Assembly (NCBI GenBank): GCA_023515725.1
Contig: JALDTO010000016.1
Location: forward strand, 1-12,266
Length of the DNA stretch: 12,266 nt
Direction: 5' to 3'
Origin: Amoeboaphelidium protococcarum X5
Lineage: Eukaryota > Fungi > Aphelidiomycota
A program made the position numbers and the translations under genes. The notes below the pieces were generated by a model. That model had not been told where the DNA came from. It saw only the letters and a program-made list of their open reading frames with translations, and searched no databases. Below, one piece after another: positions 9,918 through 12,266 of this stretch. Numbering within the stretch: position 1 is the stretch's first letter; every line of letters starts with the position of its first letter.

Positions 9918-11399
9918 ATGAGCGAAAGTACCACTAATATTCCTAAGGGAATTACACGTCAGGATGTATAGAATAGCCTGATGGCGTAGAATGAAATGCT
10001 TAAAGTGGCGTCTAAATATTACCGCAAAGTGCTGGAGATGAGCTAGACTAGTCTGGAATTTGCCAACAGTCTCGATGCCGTGTCCAAATGCAAAGGAGCT
10101 GAATAAAGCGGCGTTGGTCTGAATAGCGCTGCTGAGTTGCACAGGCTTATCGCGAAGCACTAGGAGTAGTTGGCTGAGCTCATCCATAAAGAATATGAAG
10201 TCCCGCTGCAGCGTAATCTTGCCACTCATACGAAGCGTATCGAGGAGAATGATCGTCAGTTTGAGAAGACCATGAAGAAGATGCAGGATGACATTAGCAA
10301 GACTGAGAATAAGATGCTGAAAGGGAGAAAGAAGGATCTGGCCGTATTCCAACAGTCCCTTAAAGACATGCAGCGTCAGGCTGAGGAGCTGGAGCAGATT
10401 AGAGAGCAAAATAACACGCGTGTCCTCTAGGAAGAGCAGAGGCATTTCATGTTCCTGGTACAGAAGGCTGCCGGTGTGGTGAAGAGCGAGTATGATCATT
10501 ACTCTGCGCTGGCTCTACTCAGTAGAGATGTTACTGAAGAGATCATTGGTATTGCATTCGCTCCACCTGGCAAGACTTTGGACCAGGCAGAGAAGCGTCG
10601 CGTAGTTGAAAAGTTCTTGGGCTCTAGCATCAGTGTCACTGGCAGTCCTCAGCTTCAGCATAGAGATTCTATGAGCAGCATTGGAAACACTATTGGCAGC
10701 GGAGGCAACAATTATAATGGTGGATTTGGTGACGACGCCGAGTCTCGCAGAGTCAGTCAGAGCTCATCTGTTGTCGGTCAGGTGATCCATCATTATATCA
10801 AATCCCCTCAAGGAACTGGTCCTGCCGGTCAACTGCCTACTGTTGGTGGAAATAGCGCCAACTCTGCAGCACGACCTGCAACTCCTCCAACCACTCCATA
10901 GCCACTAAACACCAGACGCTCATCCAATAGCACTGCAGAGAAGGCCGCTGCAAGACGATTGAGTTCCGGCCAGATGAGCCCTCTGATCCAAGATTCACTG
11001 AAAAAGTTGAACTTGGCTGCATCTAATGCAGGTGCTTCCTAGTAATAGCAGTAGTCATCTATAGAGAGTGGACAGCCTGCATCGACGCAGTAGAAAGTTG
11101 CGCGTGCAGAATCCAATTCATCATCATCGGTTGCTAAATTGACTAAGGTTGTTGAAGAAGAATCTGCTGCTGGTAGTGCCGGTGCTGCCATCTCTACTAA
11201 GAAGTCTGATCTTGATCTGGTTGTTGCGATTCATGACTTTGCGGCTAGAAGTGAACGTGAATTGTCCTTCAATAAGGGCGACGTGTTGTTGGTAAAGTAG
11301 AGAAATGATAATTGGCTGTACGCTACTCATCATCCTGCTCAGGTTGGTGCCAAGAGCGGCTGGATTCCGGTCAGTTATACCAACAGTTATTAAGGTTGA
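9918..11399 (+). CDS. I-BAR/IMD protein (Ivy1-like) with a Ser/Gly/Pro-rich linker and C-terminal SH3 domain, 493 aa
   Basis: ATG 9918 (upstream in-frame TGA at 9813) to TGA 11397-11399. The N-terminal helical domain ITRQDVQNS...EFANSLDAVSKCKGA...AAELHRLIAKHQEQLAELIHKEYEVPL resembles the fungal Ivy1 I-BAR. SH3 at about 11220-11384: VVAIHDFAARSERELSFNKGD...NW...GWIPVSY. AATAAA at 11440-11445. Confidence 0.85.
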
Positions 11400-11746
11400 A
11401 GTGAATAAGTGAGGAAGATGACATAGTATGTTTGAATTGAATAAAAGTAGACTTAGTTAATAGCTTATACTGCCATCTTGTCCTCTTAATGTTTGAGATC
11501 TTGTACATGATATAATACAAAGAGCCAGTTTAATTGCGCATATTATAGTCCAATCAACGCCGCCGTTATGACTTGGTCGTAATTATAGCCCATCAAATCC
11601 AATAGTGTAAGCGGTAGATATTCCCATGTCTTCTCTGCACTTAATTTGATAGTGTTAGCATTTATAAGTAGCAGAAAATAGTTCATAGACTTTACTTAAT
11701 ACGCGTTAATAAATTAATTGAAATAGCAGTGACCATCCCATAAGTA

Positions 11747-12266
11747 ATGAATCAAAACTGTGCAAAGTGTAACAAGATTGTCTACCCAACAGACAAGATC
11801 TAAGCTATTAACCAGACATTTCACAAGCTGTGCTTCAAGGTAAGATAGTAACACTGTACATACTAGATTTGATAACAATATGATTATATCGATTGTAGTG
11901 CAATGAGTGTGGATTAACGTTAAACTTGAAGAATTTCCAGTCTTTCAATTAGACGCCTTACTGCAAGGCTCATCTGCCTAAGCACAGCGCTACCGTGGTT
12001 GCTGATACTCCGGAGAATAATCGTATCAGAAATGTGGCCTAGATGGTCAGCAATGTGCAGTACAGAGCTGACTATGAGAAGATGAAAGGTGATGCTGGTG
12101 GATTTGGTCAGGCTGCTCTTGAGGCGCCCGAGATTAAGAATTCAATGAAGGCTGCGCAGTAGATCAGTCAGGTCAGGTACACGCACATGGCTCATGATGG
12201 TCCAACTAATTCGGCTTAGTCAAACAACAGCGTGCACTCTGCCAATAGATCTATTGCTAGTGCATC
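11747..12266 (+). CDS. LASP1: LASP1-like protein (N-terminal LIM domain plus two nebulin-like repeats); exons 11747-11839 and 11899->12266; 3' truncated by window
   Basis: Spliced translation MNQNCAKCNKIVYPTDKIQAINQTFHKLCFK/CNECGLTLNLKNFQSFNQTPYCKAHLPKHSATVVADTPENNRIRNVAQMVSNVQYRADYEKMKG is colinear with the animal LASP1 N-terminus as recalled (MNPNCARCGKIVYPTEK...YCNAHYPK...VADTPEN...SQVRY). Second repeat: PEIKNSMKAAQQISQVRY. Confidence 0.88.
11840..11898 (+). other. Spliceosomal GT-AG intron, 59 nt, phase 0
   Basis: AAG|GTAAGA...TTGTAG|TGC. AT-rich. Removing it restores the LIM zinc-ligand pattern HxxCFxCxxC. Confidence 0.92.

Noticed and set aside
9912-11333. Track ORFs 9912-10499(-), 10837-11022(-), 11124-11333(-)
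   Set aside because: Antisense to the I-BAR-SH3 gene. The Leu richness mirrors the AAG/GAG/CAG codons of the sense coiled coil.
11400-11740. Minus-strand TGA-free frames and a GTAAAG...GCTAAC...AG intron-like string in the I-BAR to LASP spacer
   Set aside because: Long open frames are expected by chance with a single stop codon. There is no recognisable product and the frames run on into the I-BAR gene.
562-12266. Pseudogene cluster or RIP-like C-to-T decay as the cause of in-frame stops
   Set aside because: No frameshifts, no in-frame TGA across about 2000 BLM10 codons, intact catalytic motifs, and TAR at conserved Gln positions in essential-type genes.

Overview
Compact, nearly intronless eukaryotic (opisthokont, fungus-like) nuclear DNA that does not use the standard genetic code. 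TAA and TAG read as glutamine and TGA is the only stop (NCBI table 6), which is why the supplied ORF track is fragmented. Re-read with TAR=Gln, the window holds seven genes: (1) the 3' end of mitochondrial F1 ATP synthase beta; (2) a PHOSPHO1/2-type HAD phosphatase; (3) methylthioribulose-1-phosphate dehydratase (MtnB/APIP/Mde1, minus strand); (4) a polyQ + cupin-like gene absent from the ORF track (minus strand); (5) a 1985-aa intronless proteasome activator PA200/Blm10; (6) an Ivy1-like I-BAR protein with a C-terminal SH3; (7) the 5' part of a LASP1-like LIM + nebulin-repeat gene with a 59-nt intron. Code and gene content together suggest an aphelid such as Amoeboaphelidium protococcarum (inference). 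Leads beyond the code: a HAD phosphatase/MtnB/cupin trio resembling bacterial mtnXBD, an animal-type LASP next to an I-BAR-SH3 gene, block-wise avoidance of TAR codons, and an unexplained hairpin-rich spacer. All translations and counts were done by hand and family calls rest on recalled motifs; no searches were run.
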